DNA of 64,000 nt from an uncultured cyanobacterium (GTDB taxonomy: Bacteria > Cyanobacteriota > Cyanobacteriia > Cyanobacteriales > Microcystaceae), in NCBI GenBank assembly GCA_963807635.1, contig CAWEDJ010000075.1, positions 68,348 through 132,347 of the forward strand, read 5' to 3'. A program made the translations under genes and the position numbers. The notes beneath the pieces are model-generated. The model did no database searches. It was not told the DNA's origin and saw nothing but the letters and a program-made list of their open reading frames with translations. This document shows positions 42,975 to 53,212 of the stretch, piece by piece. Numbering within the stretch: position 1 is the first letter of the stretch; each line of letters opens with the position of its first letter.

Positions 42975-44006
42975 ATGTTAGTATCTATAGTCAAAAAATA
43001 TTGGATTTTGGGTAGTCTAGTTATCGTAATGGTTCCCCATCCTTTTTTGAGTTTGCAAGTTTTAGCTCAAAGCAAAACATCTGTTCCAAATCTACCAGGT
43101 CTATCACCTTCACCTTCACTTACCGCAATAGATTACTATAATCGCGGAGTTGACAAAGAAAAATCAGGAGATAATCAAGGAGCGATCGCGAACTTCAATG
43201 AAGCCATTAAACTCAAACCTGACTTTGCTGATGCCTACTATAATCGCGGGGTTATAAGAAATGATAATTTAAAAGATTATCAAGGAGCGATCGCGGACTA
43301 TAATGAAGCGATTAAACTCAATCCTGACCTTTTTTTTGCCTATGTTAATCGCGGAAATTCTAAGAAGAATTTAGGAGATTATCAAGGGGCGATCGCGGAC
43401 TTCAATGAAGCCATTAAACTCAAACCTGACTTTGCTGAAGTCTACTATAATCGCGGAGCTTCCAAGGGGTTATCAGGAGATTATCAAGGGGCGATCGCGG
43501 ACTTCAATGAAGCCATTAAACTCAAACCTGACTTTGCTGATGCCTACTATAATAGCGGAGCTGCCAAGGGGTTGTCAGAAGATCATCAAGGGGCGATCAC
43601 GGACTTCAATGAAGCCATTAAACTCAAACCTGACTTTGCTGATGCCTACTATAATCGTGGAGTTTCTAAGTCTAATTTAGGAGATAATCAAGGAGCGATC
43701 ACGGACTTCAATCAAGCTATTAAACTCAAGCCTTACCTTGCTGAAGCCTACATTAATCGCGGAGTTTCTAAGAGTAATTTAAACGATTATCAAGGGGCGA
43801 TTGCGGACTTCAATCAAGCCATTAAACTCAATCCTGACTATGCTGAGGCCTACATTAATCGCGGAAATTCTAAGAAGAAGTTAGGAGATAATCAAGGGGC
43901 GATCAATGATTTTCGTCAAGCCGCTAAACTTTATCAACAACAAAACAAAATGGAAAATTATCAAAAGGTTATGAATGGACTTAAAAAATTAGGCATTTCC
44001 AATTAA
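42975..44006 (+). CDS. Secreted TPR protein with 8 tandem 34-aa repeats
   Basis: GGAGG RBS; signal peptide; repeated YYNRG...GAIADFNEAIKLKPDFA. Confidence 0.9.
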   Translation: MLVSIVKKYWILGSLVIVMVPHPFLSLQVLAQSKTSVPNLPGLSPSPSLTAIDYYNRGVDKEKSGDNQGAIANFNEAIKLKPDFADAYYNRGVIRNDNLKDYQGAIADYNEAIKLNPDLFFAYVNRGNSKKNLGDYQGAIADFNEAIKLKPDFAEVYYNRGASKGLSGDYQGAIADFNEAIKLKPDFADAYYNSGAAKGLSEDHQGAITDFNEAIKLKPDFADAYYNRGVSKSNLGDNQGAITDFNQAIKLKPYLAEAYINRGVSKSNLNDYQGAIADFNQAIKLNPDYAEAYINRGNSKKKLGDNQGAINDFRQAAKLYQQQNKMENYQKVMNGLKKLGISN

Positions 44007-44012
44007 ATTCCC

Positions 44013-44183
44013 GTAGGGGTTTGGTCTCCAAATCCCCAATTTATTGATTCCTATCCCAAATCCCCAAAATTTTAATTCCTATCTCAATATCCCTAATTTC
44101 AAACGAAAAAATTCGACCATAACATTTTTAAATATGGGCGATTATCGTGAATTTGGGAATGGATTTGGAAACCAAACCCCTAC
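44013..44183. repeat. Inverted pair of GTAG-type REP-like elements (REPIN-like)
   Basis: GTAGGGGTTTGGTCTCCAAATCC at 44013 and GGATTTGGAAACCAAACCCCTAC at 44161-44183. Confidence 0.7.
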
Positions 44184-44250
44184 CGTTTATAAAAATCAAA
44201 ATGTGATTGATCATTATCGGCAAATAGTATTCTGTCCATACAGTAAAACC

Positions 44251-44340
44251 ATGACTCTAAAAGAACAACTCCTCCAATAAATCGAACAGGCTCCCGAAAT
44301 TCTATTGCAATCCTGCTTAAAACTTATTCTCTCCCATAAG
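44251..44340 (+). pseudogene. Fragment of a small antitoxin-like gene (DUF2281-like)
   Basis: MTLKEQLLQ*IEQAPEILLQ..., internal stop and truncation. Confidence 0.4.
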
Positions 44341-44609
44341 CCCTCCGTTCTTTCCCCATCATAAATGAAATCAGAATCCGTAAAATGACTATCCCCATCA
44401 ACCTCAATCACCAACTTTAACTTAGGACAATAAAAATCAACAATAAAATTATTAATCGGTTTTTGTCGCCAGAATTTCACAGGAAAATTTCGTAAATATC
44501 CCCATAACTTACGCTCTGCAATCGTTGAATTCGTTCGCATTTCCCTCGCCCTAGCCACTAACTGTGGATTGTAAGGAAGAAAATAATCGCCTTCTTTAAA
44601 ATTAGTCAT
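44340..44609 (-). pseudogene. DUF559 (Vsr-like) endonuclease, 3' truncated
   Basis: RAREMR..T.AERKLW..LR...RQKPI..FIVDFYC..LVIEVDGDSH; the expected IRF-N C-terminus is missing. Confidence 0.75.
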
Positions 44610-44619
44610 AATTATCGTT

Positions 44620-45865
44620 GGCTCTTCTGGTTAAGGTGTGGAATTATAGTTACGAATTAAAACAAGCAAATAATTTCAGCCGCAAGTGTTGAAAGTTAGT
44701 AAATCCATAACTCATCCTTTTAATTAATTTGATTTTTGTATTCATTCCCTCCGTTATCCCATTCGTTGTATGTCTCTCAAAATAATTACAGATACCTGTT
44801 AAATGATTTCTAACCATATTGGCACTTTTTCGATAAATTATTCCACTGGTTCTCAGCCATTTTTCAAATTGTCTTTTTGCTCCATTGGCTTTTCTCAACC
44901 TTTCATAGATTTGTCTAAACTCTTCTTTCATTTCATACGCTATTCTCAAGAGCGGATATTCTTCTAATACCTTTTCTAAACTTTGTTTTTGTTCTTCCTT
45001 TAAGTCATTTTGATTTTTTCATAATAAATGGAGTAATCCTTTTTTATGCACGTTCATTATCTTTCTTAATTCATTCAGTTCCTCATTAACTATCCGCATT
45101 ATATGAAAACGATCATAAGTGATTTTTGCATTCGGAAATAATTCCTTGATTACTGCTGTAAAACCTTCCCACATATCCACACTTACTTCTTCTATTTTCT
45201 CTCTAACACCTTCAGGTTGAGACTTTAGCTCTTTCATCACTTCTTCTTGTTTATGCCCCTTTATCACCTCCAGCAACTTTTTATTGTCTAGATCTATTAC
45301 TGTTTTTATTAAGTCTTTATTTCCTTTTCTATTGCTAAATTCATCCAAACTTATTCTTTTTGGCGATTCCCACTCTTTCTTTTCATCTCTTTTTGCCAGT
45401 TCTTCAAAGATTGAATTAACTTCATCCCATCCTAGACCCTCTTCTTGACAAACCTCTTTTATATTTGACCTTTTAATTCGCTCATAAATCATTTCTTCAT
45501 AGCGAGTTGTGTGATGTTTTCTTAGTCTCATAAAACTTAGTCTTTCTATCGTATATTTGTCACAATTTTGACAATAAAACTGACGACGAGGGACTTCTAA
45601 GTATGCTGGATTTCCTATTATGGCTAGGTCGCGCGCTAGACTATACTCTGTCTGATTTATTGTGTCTAATATTCGATGGCAATTCGGACATTCTATCGTT
45701 TCATTTACAAGGTTTAATTTGAGGAATATTATCCCATCAATCTTTTTATAGTTGACGACGGTTACATTCGGTAAATCTAGAACTTGATCAATGATCATCC
45801 ACATAACTCACCTCCCGCCTATCTATTACCTATTATACTTTCTTCACACAAAGTCGTGAAGAGCC
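44620..45865 (-). mobile_element. ISL3-family IS; transposase 44650..45804 has an in-frame TGA at 45019-45021
   Basis: GGCTCTTC terminal IRs; CPNC zinc finger, SLDEF, VDMW, DRFH, TNGITEGMNTKIK motifs; no target duplication. Confidence 0.9.
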
Positions 45866-46130
45866 TTTTTTACTTTCTGAAGATGTGCGTCAAGCAAACT
45901 TTTACAGTAAAAAGCTGAGGAATCTAGCTCAAAGACAATGGCATAGAGAGATGTCTCTGTTTTGTGATTTAGTCTTATTTCATCAAATAAAAGAGTTGTT
46001 ATTTCGCCAAATATCAGTTCCATATCATATCAATATTGAGAGAACAAAACGATGGACTTATCTTGCAAAAGATACGCGAATGTTCATGGATATGATTGTT
46101 TTAGACGAATGCAGATATGTCTACGATTGG

Positions 46131-47427
46131 CAGGGTAAGCGCAAGAAAAATGTTAACGTAATATGATATACAAAAAAAGATGAAAAAAGATGAAAAAAGT
46201 AGAAATAAATCAAGACTCCCAATCAAACCTAGAAATTCAAGAAAAATCAACCCGAAAAGCCCAAGAAAGATGGTTATCCTATTTTCAGAGTCTGGAAGAC
46301 CCCAGAGGCAAACAGGGAAGAGAGCATAATTTTCTGAGTATCGTAATAATTTCCGTATTAGCCGTAATAGGAGGTGCAGTAGGCTGGGAAGATATAGAAT
46401 TATATGGAGTGAGTCATGAACAATGGTTGAGAACATTTCTAAATCTAGAAAAAGGGATACCAAGTGCAGATACCTATCGACGAGTATTAGCTAGGTTAAA
46501 GCCAGAAGCGTTACAGGGATGTTTTCAAGGGTGGATAAAGCAAGTGGTAGAGGAGACAGGGGAACAAATTATTCCGATAGATGGTAAAGAGATGAGAGGT
46601 TCTTATGACAGAAATTATCAACAAGGGGCATTAAGAATAGTAAGTGCTTGGGCGATGGAAAATCATTTGATGCTAGGGCAAGTAAAAGTAGATAACAAAA
46701 GCAATGAAATAACAGCAATACCGATACTATTAGAGTCATTAGAGGTTAAGGGCTGCACAATTACAATAGATGCAATGGGAACTCAGAAAGCAATAGCGGA
46801 AAAAATTGTAGAAAAGCAAGCAGATTACGTTCTGAGTTTAAAAAGAAATCACCCCACGTTGCATGATGAGGTAGAGTCATGGTTTGAAAAAGCAGAAGAG
46901 CAAAAGTTTCAGGGAGTAAATTTGAGCCATGACTTGGGCATAGAAGCAGGACATAACCGCCGAGAGAAGCGTGAAATCTGGGCAATTCCTCTAAGCGAAA
47001 TGGGAGGACTTTATCAAGAAGAAGAATGGGCAGGCTTGCAAACCATTGTCAGGGTGGAGAGATACCGACATCTCTGGAATAAAACCACTCACGAGATCCA
47101 ATTCTATCTCACATCGTTACCCTGTTCTGCTCAGGTTATTGGTCGGGCAATTCGTCAGCATTGGAGTATCGAAAATCAATTACACTGGGTTTTAGATGTC
47201 ACTTTTAGCGAAGATTCCTCTCGCATTCGTCGTGGACATGGAGCGGAAAACTTTACTTTTTTGCGGCGTATGGCTATCGGAATTCTTAATCAAGAAAATA
47301 GCAAAAAAAGGAGTCTCAGGCAAAAATCTCGATTGGCTTCTATGAACTCTCGATATATGCTTCAAGTCCTTACTCAAGCTTTCTTTTCTTAACATTTTTT
47401 GTTTCCTTTTTTCTTGCGCTTACCCTG
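46131..47427 (+). mobile_element. ISAs1-family IS with 9-bp TSD
   Basis: Perfect 20-bp TIR CAGGGTAAGCGCAAGAAAAA; TACGATTGG duplicated at 46122-46130 and 47428-47436. Confidence 0.95.
46190..47392 (+). CDS. ISAs1-family transposase
   Basis: DPR, IDGK, KSNEITAIP, TIDAMGTQ, HWSIENQLHWVLDV.F.ED motifs. Confidence 0.95.
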   Translation: MKKVEINQDSQSNLEIQEKSTRKAQERWLSYFQSLEDPRGKQGREHNFLSIVIISVLAVIGGAVGWEDIELYGVSHEQWLRTFLNLEKGIPSADTYRRVLARLKPEALQGCFQGWIKQVVEETGEQIIPIDGKEMRGSYDRNYQQGALRIVSAWAMENHLMLGQVKVDNKSNEITAIPILLESLEVKGCTITIDAMGTQKAIAEKIVEKQADYVLSLKRNHPTLHDEVESWFEKAEEQKFQGVNLSHDLGIEAGHNRREKREIWAIPLSEMGGLYQEEEWAGLQTIVRVERYRHLWNKTTHEIQFYLTSLPCSAQVIGRAIRQHWSIENQLHWVLDVTFSEDSSRIRRGHGAENFTFLRRMAIGILNQENSKKRSLRQKSRLASMNSRYMLQVLTQAFFS

Positions 47428-47711
47428 TACGATTGGATGCCTACTGTTGATATGATTGAAGCTGGTATGGATTCTATAGATAGGCAATTATGTTATCGAT
47501 TTGCGTTAGATGCTTTAGGAAAACATCGGAGATGGTACAATAATGAATACTTCTTTGGGACTGCGGTAATAAGTCAGTTTCAAGAAGGTTTTGAGGCAAA
47601 ATGTCTAGCCCGAAGAATTATCATCAATTGATAATAAAAATAATTTAAATCTTTGATATATTAATGGCATAATCAGTGCGATCGCGATCGCAGTAGGATA
47701 CGTTAACGCAA

Positions 47712-47806
47712 TATAGCGGTATTCAGTCGTATGAGGGGCAATAAAATTTTTGAAAGGCTTACTGTACAAGACTCCAATACACCTCACTCACGTGACTACC
47801 GCTATA
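47712..47806. mobile_element. MITE of about 95 bp with TA ends
   Basis: TIRs TAGCGGTATTCAGTCGTATGAGG / TAGCGGTAGTCACGTGAGTGAGG (16/23) flanked by TA; non-coding. Confidence 0.7.
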
Positions 47807-47859
47807 TAATCCACCTTGTTTTTGCTTGATCAAAACTATTTTTCAGCGCAGACTCCAAT

Positions 47860-47960
47860 TAGTGCGATCATAACCTCGCCCGATAGATTACCCTATAAAA
47901 TAGAAAAAACAAGCGGTCAACTTCTCCCTTCAATCAAAAACTTATAAGGAATAATACATC
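47860..47960 (+). promoter_or_regulatory. Cassette promoter/leader module
   Basis: GCGATC...GATAGATTACCCTATAAAATAGAAAAAACAAGCGGTCAACTTCTCCCTTCAATC...AAGGAATAATACATC-ATG. Confidence 0.7.
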
Positions 47961-48200
47961 ATGGCAACCACCATTGAAACCGACCTTAAAGAAATCCTAG
48001 ACCGAATTGATAAAAGATTGGGAGCTATTGAAAGCGATGTAACCACAATAAAAATTGATATAGCAACCCTAAAAGCTGATGTCACAACGGTTAAGGAAGA
48101 TGTCAAAGATTTAAGAGGGAGCCAACGATTGCAAATTTGGGTTCTCATCGTTGCTGTAGTAGGAGCCATTATTAAGTTTGGTTTTTTCCCTAACCCGTAA
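47961..48200 (+). CDS. Small coiled-coil/C-terminal TM protein (cassette gene C)
   Basis: Near-identical to gene A at 4762..5001. Confidence 0.82.
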   Translation: MATTIETDLKEILDRIDKRLGAIESDVTTIKIDIATLKADVTTVKEDVKDLRGSQRLQIWVLIVAVVGAIIKFGFFPNP

Positions 48201-48321
48201 ACCCGCGATCATCCATACCTCCACGCGATCGCAATCTTGATAGATTACCCTAAAAAATAGAAAAGGGAAAGTTCACAGCTTCCCCTAATCCATCAAACAA
48301 TATCTAAAGGAATGACAACTC

Positions 48322-48594
48322 ATGGCAACCACGATTGAAACCGACCTGAAGGAAATTTTAGGGGAATTCAAGCAAGAATTTTTAAAACTCAATCAGCGAC
48401 TAGACAGAATAGAGGGTGACTTAACTTCTCTCAAAGTCGATATGGCAACGGTCAAAACTGAATTGAACTTTATCCGAGAAGATGTTAAAGACTTGAAAGG
48501 TTCCCAACGCGCCCAGGTATGGGCATTAATTATCACTGTCATCGGAGCCACTATTGCCGCCGTTGTAAAATTTGGTTTCTTCCCTAATCCCTAA
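48322..48594 (+). CDS. Small coiled-coil/C-terminal TM protein (cassette gene D)
   Basis: Shares MATTIETDLKEIL and KFGFFPNP with A/C; longer, different middle. Confidence 0.82.
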   Translation: MATTIETDLKEILGEFKQEFLKLNQRLDRIEGDLTSLKVDMATVKTELNFIREDVKDLKGSQRAQVWALIITVIGATIAAVVKFGFFPNP

Positions 48595-48668
48595 AACTGC
48601 GATCGCCCAATGCTCCCACGCGATCACCATTTAGCCCCGATAGATGACTGTATAAAATAGAAAAAAAA
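48595..48668 (+). repeat. Terminal copy of the inter-cassette module, with no following cassette gene
   Basis: AACTGCGATCGCCC...CACGCGATC...GATAGATGACTGTATAAAATAGAAAAAAAA. Confidence 0.7.
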
Positions 48669-48845
48669 CTAGCATAAAGCCACAAAATACCGATATTTCA
48701 GCAAAAATTTCTGTAAAAAAGAATAACAAGAATATCTTAATCGTCAAAATCATCATTGAGAAAACTAACTCGATACCCTAAAAAAGTGCAAACTAATGTT
48801 AACTTAAGTTAAACTACTGTAAAGTTTATAGAGGAATACAACTGA

Positions 48846-50136
<1,291 letters not shown>

Positions 50137-50160
50137 GTTCTATATTCTGAAAATAGCATT

Positions 50161-50185
50161 GGTGGGGTCAAACCCACCTTTTTTT
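50161..50185 (+). terminator. Rho-independent terminator after ahcY
   Basis: GGTGGG-GTCAAA-CCCACC followed by a T-run. Confidence 0.8.
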
Positions 50186-50195
50186 ATGCGATGGA

Positions 50196-50966
50196 CTATG
50201 TCTTTGTGTATTTCTGAATCTTGTTAGTTAATTCAATTTGATCAGCACTAAAACCCGCTAACTTTAGATGGGATAAAAAGCTTGATTGTCGATAACGGGA
50301 ATCTAAGTTAATCGCTCGCTGATACATTGCTTTTGCTTCGGATTTATCTCCTTTGTCCCAATAAACCAAAGCGATCACGACCCAGGTGTGGGGATTATTC
50401 GGCTCTAATTGGGTTGCTTGTTGGGCGTGAGTAAGGGCGGGATCATATTTTTTAAGACGTTGATAGGCTAAAGCGAGATTATAGTGAGCAATTTCATTTT
50501 TATTGTCTAAACTGACTGCTTGCTGATGGGTTTTGACAGCATCATTCAAATTTCCACTGACCAAATAGACAATTCCCAAGGCATTGAGGGCAGGAATATT
50601 ATTCGCATCCTGAGCTAAAACTTGTTGTAAAACCTCGGTTGCCTCTGTTTCCTTTTCGGCTAAATGTAATGTCCAGCTCCAAAGAATCCGTCCCGAAAGA
50701 TTACTGGGATCAAGCTTGGCCGCTTTTTCAAAGAATTGAATTGCCTCAGTATAATTCCCCCGTTGACGCAATTTTAAACCTGATTGACGGTAGTTTTGGG
50801 CGGCTTTACGGTCAGCAGAGGAAGGAATAACGGGAGAAGGAGTACTTTGGGCGATCGCGGAAATGGTGGGAGAAGGAGAAATTGTTGCGATCGGTGTATT
50901 ACCACAACTTCCGATGCTTAAACCTGCACCGATGAGCATTAAACCGAAGCAAATCTGCTTAATCAT
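50196..50966 (-). CDS. TPR lipoprotein
   Basis: Lipobox IGSC; several TPR motifs. Confidence 0.85.
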   Translation of the reverse strand: MIKQICFGLMLIGAGLSIGSCGNTPIATISPSPTISAIAQSTPSPVIPSSADRKAAQNYRQSGLKLRQRGNYTEAIQFFEKAAKLDPSNLSGRILWSWTLHLAEKETEATEVLQQVLAQDANNIPALNALGIVYLVSGNLNDAVKTHQQAVSLDNKNEIAHYNLALAYQRLKKYDPALTHAQQATQLEPNNPHTWVVIALVYWDKGDKSEAKAMYQRAINLDSRYRQSSFLSHLKLAGFSADQIELTNKIQKYTKT

Positions 50967-52963
50967 TATTTTTTCGGGACGGAAGCTTGCACAAAGTTGG
51001 GGCCACTGACCTCTTCATGATCGGCGGGATAAAGGGCGATCGCGTGGGGAACAGGACGGGGCGTATAACTCACCTGGGATTCTCCTTTATAGGCAACGGA
51101 CGCACTTGCTCCCGAATCGACCATAATCGCATCACGATAACCCAATTTTTGCAGTATTTTACCCAGATTAACCGAATCAATCATTGTTCGCGTTACCCCA
51201 ACTACGGGTTGTCCTGCTTGATTAATCCCCCAAAAAGCCCGATTCCGATTAGCATCAAAGCCATAGAGATCATTAAAAGATTCAGGGGTGCTGGCTTTTC
51301 CATTTTTAACTAACCAGGCTCCTCCGACAAAGGCATCGGAAATCCAGGTTCCATCCTTGGATTCTTTTTGAATGCCCTCTAGGGTGTTGTGCTTTTCGGG
51401 ATCAAAGGGAATAAATTTAACGCCTTTTGCACTAATTAACGCTAAAGGACGACCCGCGAGTTTCGGATTTTCTCCTTTATTACCAGGCACAAAACCCCGA
51501 TTGGAACTGAGGGCTGGGCGAATTAAAATATTAGAGTTTAAAGATTTTAACGAGAAAAACGTGCCATCAACTCCCCCGATCGCGCCCGTATTCTTGAGAA
51601 TGTCCTGAACTTGATAACGGCTGTCGGCATGGATGGTTCGGGGTTTGCCGCCACTGACGAGAACAATTTCCGTACCGTCTAGGGTAAACTCTTGTTTTTC
51701 GACAGAACTCGTCAAATTAAATTGATCGGGAGGTAACGGTGCAGGATAGCCGCCCCAGGCTTTGGCGATCGCTTTTTCAATACTGGATTGGCCAAAACGC
51801 TTAATCGAGAACAGATCGGGAGATTCTCCTGCATACCCTTCACTGAGGTCGTTCATCGAGAATGCCATCTTATAACCCGCCGCGATCGCCCATTGTTTGA
51901 CTCTGGCATCAAATTTGCCTTCAGGATAGGTGAAATAGCGAATGGGAATGCCTAATTTTTCTTCCAAAATATGTTTGGTTTCAATAATTTCCTTGCCCAA
52001 TTCATCATCGGTCAGCAATCGTAAATCTTTGGGATGAGTCACCGTATGGGAGGCGATCGTTACTAGGGGATCGGCGGACATTTCTTTTAATTGCTCCCAG
52101 GTCACACTGGTTCGTTTGGTTTTTCCTTCCAATTTCTTGAGATAAATCGAAAATAGGGCGGGATAATTGTATTTTTTTAATAAAGGATACACATACTGAT
52201 AATGGCCGCCATAACCATCATCAAAGGAAAGCAAAACGGGCTTATTCGGCAAAGGAACCCCCGTCCGCAGGTGAGCTAACAGAGCATCGGGACTAATGGG
52301 AGTCATGCCTTCTTCTTTGATGCGCTGAAAATGGGCTTCTACTTCTTCAGGAGTGACATCAAAAAACACCTCTTTTTTCGCCACAATATCGTGGTACATG
52401 ATGATGGGAACAGAGGCTAATCTCGCTTGTTCATGAATCTGACCGAAGGGCGCGGCAGGGGGGAGAGTTATTTTGGGTTCCTCTTCAACTTGGGGCTTTG
52501 GGGGGGAGGGTTTGATGAATCCCATCAACGTTGCTAAAGATTTTTCAGGAACAGACGGCTCGATTTTTTCTTCGGTCACCGTTTGAGTCAGCCCGATGGA
52601 GTCGGATAAACTGATGCATGGATTGGTTTCTTGGGCTTCTACGGGTGATTGGGTCGGAGTTTCAACAGTTTGAGGCGGTACGGTTGAACTGGCAAGAGTT
52701 GCAGTCCCTTCGGCTGTTTCAGGGGCGGTATTACTAGCGACGCTCGTTGGGGCTTTTTTACAAGCTTTTTTGATGTCAATAATTGCCTGGGTCATAAAAT
52801 CAGGCTTGCTTTGGTTCGTGGATGGTTCGCTAGAAACGGCAGAGGCTGAGGATTTCAGAAATGATGAAACCGCGATCGCGGAGGTTCCCCCTAATCCGAG
52901 AAAGAGTAGCAAAACCAAAAAGATTTTCCGATGGGCAGCAGTCATGGCAATTAGACAAAACAA
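50966..52963 (-). CDS. Polysaccharide deacetylase with C-terminal phosphodiester-glycosidase-like domain
   Basis: PIIMYH, SFDDGY, SHTVTH, YPEG motifs; C-terminal VDSGAS...RPVPHAI. Confidence 0.85.
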   Translation of the reverse strand: MFCLIAMTAAHRKIFLVLLLFLGLGGTSAIAVSSFLKSSASAVSSEPSTNQSKPDFMTQAIIDIKKACKKAPTSVASNTAPETAEGTATLASSTVPPQTVETPTQSPVEAQETNPCISLSDSIGLTQTVTEEKIEPSVPEKSLATLMGFIKPSPPKPQVEEEPKITLPPAAPFGQIHEQARLASVPIIMYHDIVAKKEVFFDVTPEEVEAHFQRIKEEGMTPISPDALLAHLRTGVPLPNKPVLLSFDDGYGGHYQYVYPLLKKYNYPALFSIYLKKLEGKTKRTSVTWEQLKEMSADPLVTIASHTVTHPKDLRLLTDDELGKEIIETKHILEEKLGIPIRYFTYPEGKFDARVKQWAIAAGYKMAFSMNDLSEGYAGESPDLFSIKRFGQSSIEKAIAKAWGGYPAPLPPDQFNLTSSVEKQEFTLDGTEIVLVSGGKPRTIHADSRYQVQDILKNTGAIGGVDGTFFSLKSLNSNILIRPALSSNRGFVPGNKGENPKLAGRPLALISAKGVKFIPFDPEKHNTLEGIQKESKDGTWISDAFVGGAWLVKNGKASTPESFNDLYGFDANRNRAFWGINQAGQPVVGVTRTMIDSVNLGKILQKLGYRDAIMVDSGASASVAYKGESQVSYTPRPVPHAIALYPADHEEVSGPNFVQASVPKK

Positions 52964-53212
52964 TTAGGAGTATAGCCTATCGCCACTGAGTTAACAAGTG
53001 TTAAATGTCTCTCTACTCATCTGGGGATGGGAAAATTTAAAACCCATTTTTTGGCTCAGATAGAGTTTTTTAATTAAACCCGACTCCTGATTTGATCCCA
53101 TTCCATCGAAAAAAAACATCTTTGCCAGTATTCGATAGAATAGACACACCTTATAATGATCAGACAGGGGACTAATCCCCTCCCTCTGGAGTAGCTGGAG
53201 AAACAAACACAC

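Larger units (their letters stand above)
45866..47631 (+). pseudogene. 3' portion of an unknown gene interrupted by ISAs1 and decapitated by ISL3
   Basis: Removing ISAs1 and one TSD joins 45866-46130 to 47437-47631 in frame: ...DECRYVYDW|MPTVDMIEAG...RRIIIN*. Confidence 0.75.

Noticed and set aside
43130..43920. TPR repeats as a CRISPR array or DGR template/variable repeats
   Set aside because: The repeats are in-frame coding units without unique spacers; no cas or reverse transcriptase gene is in the window.
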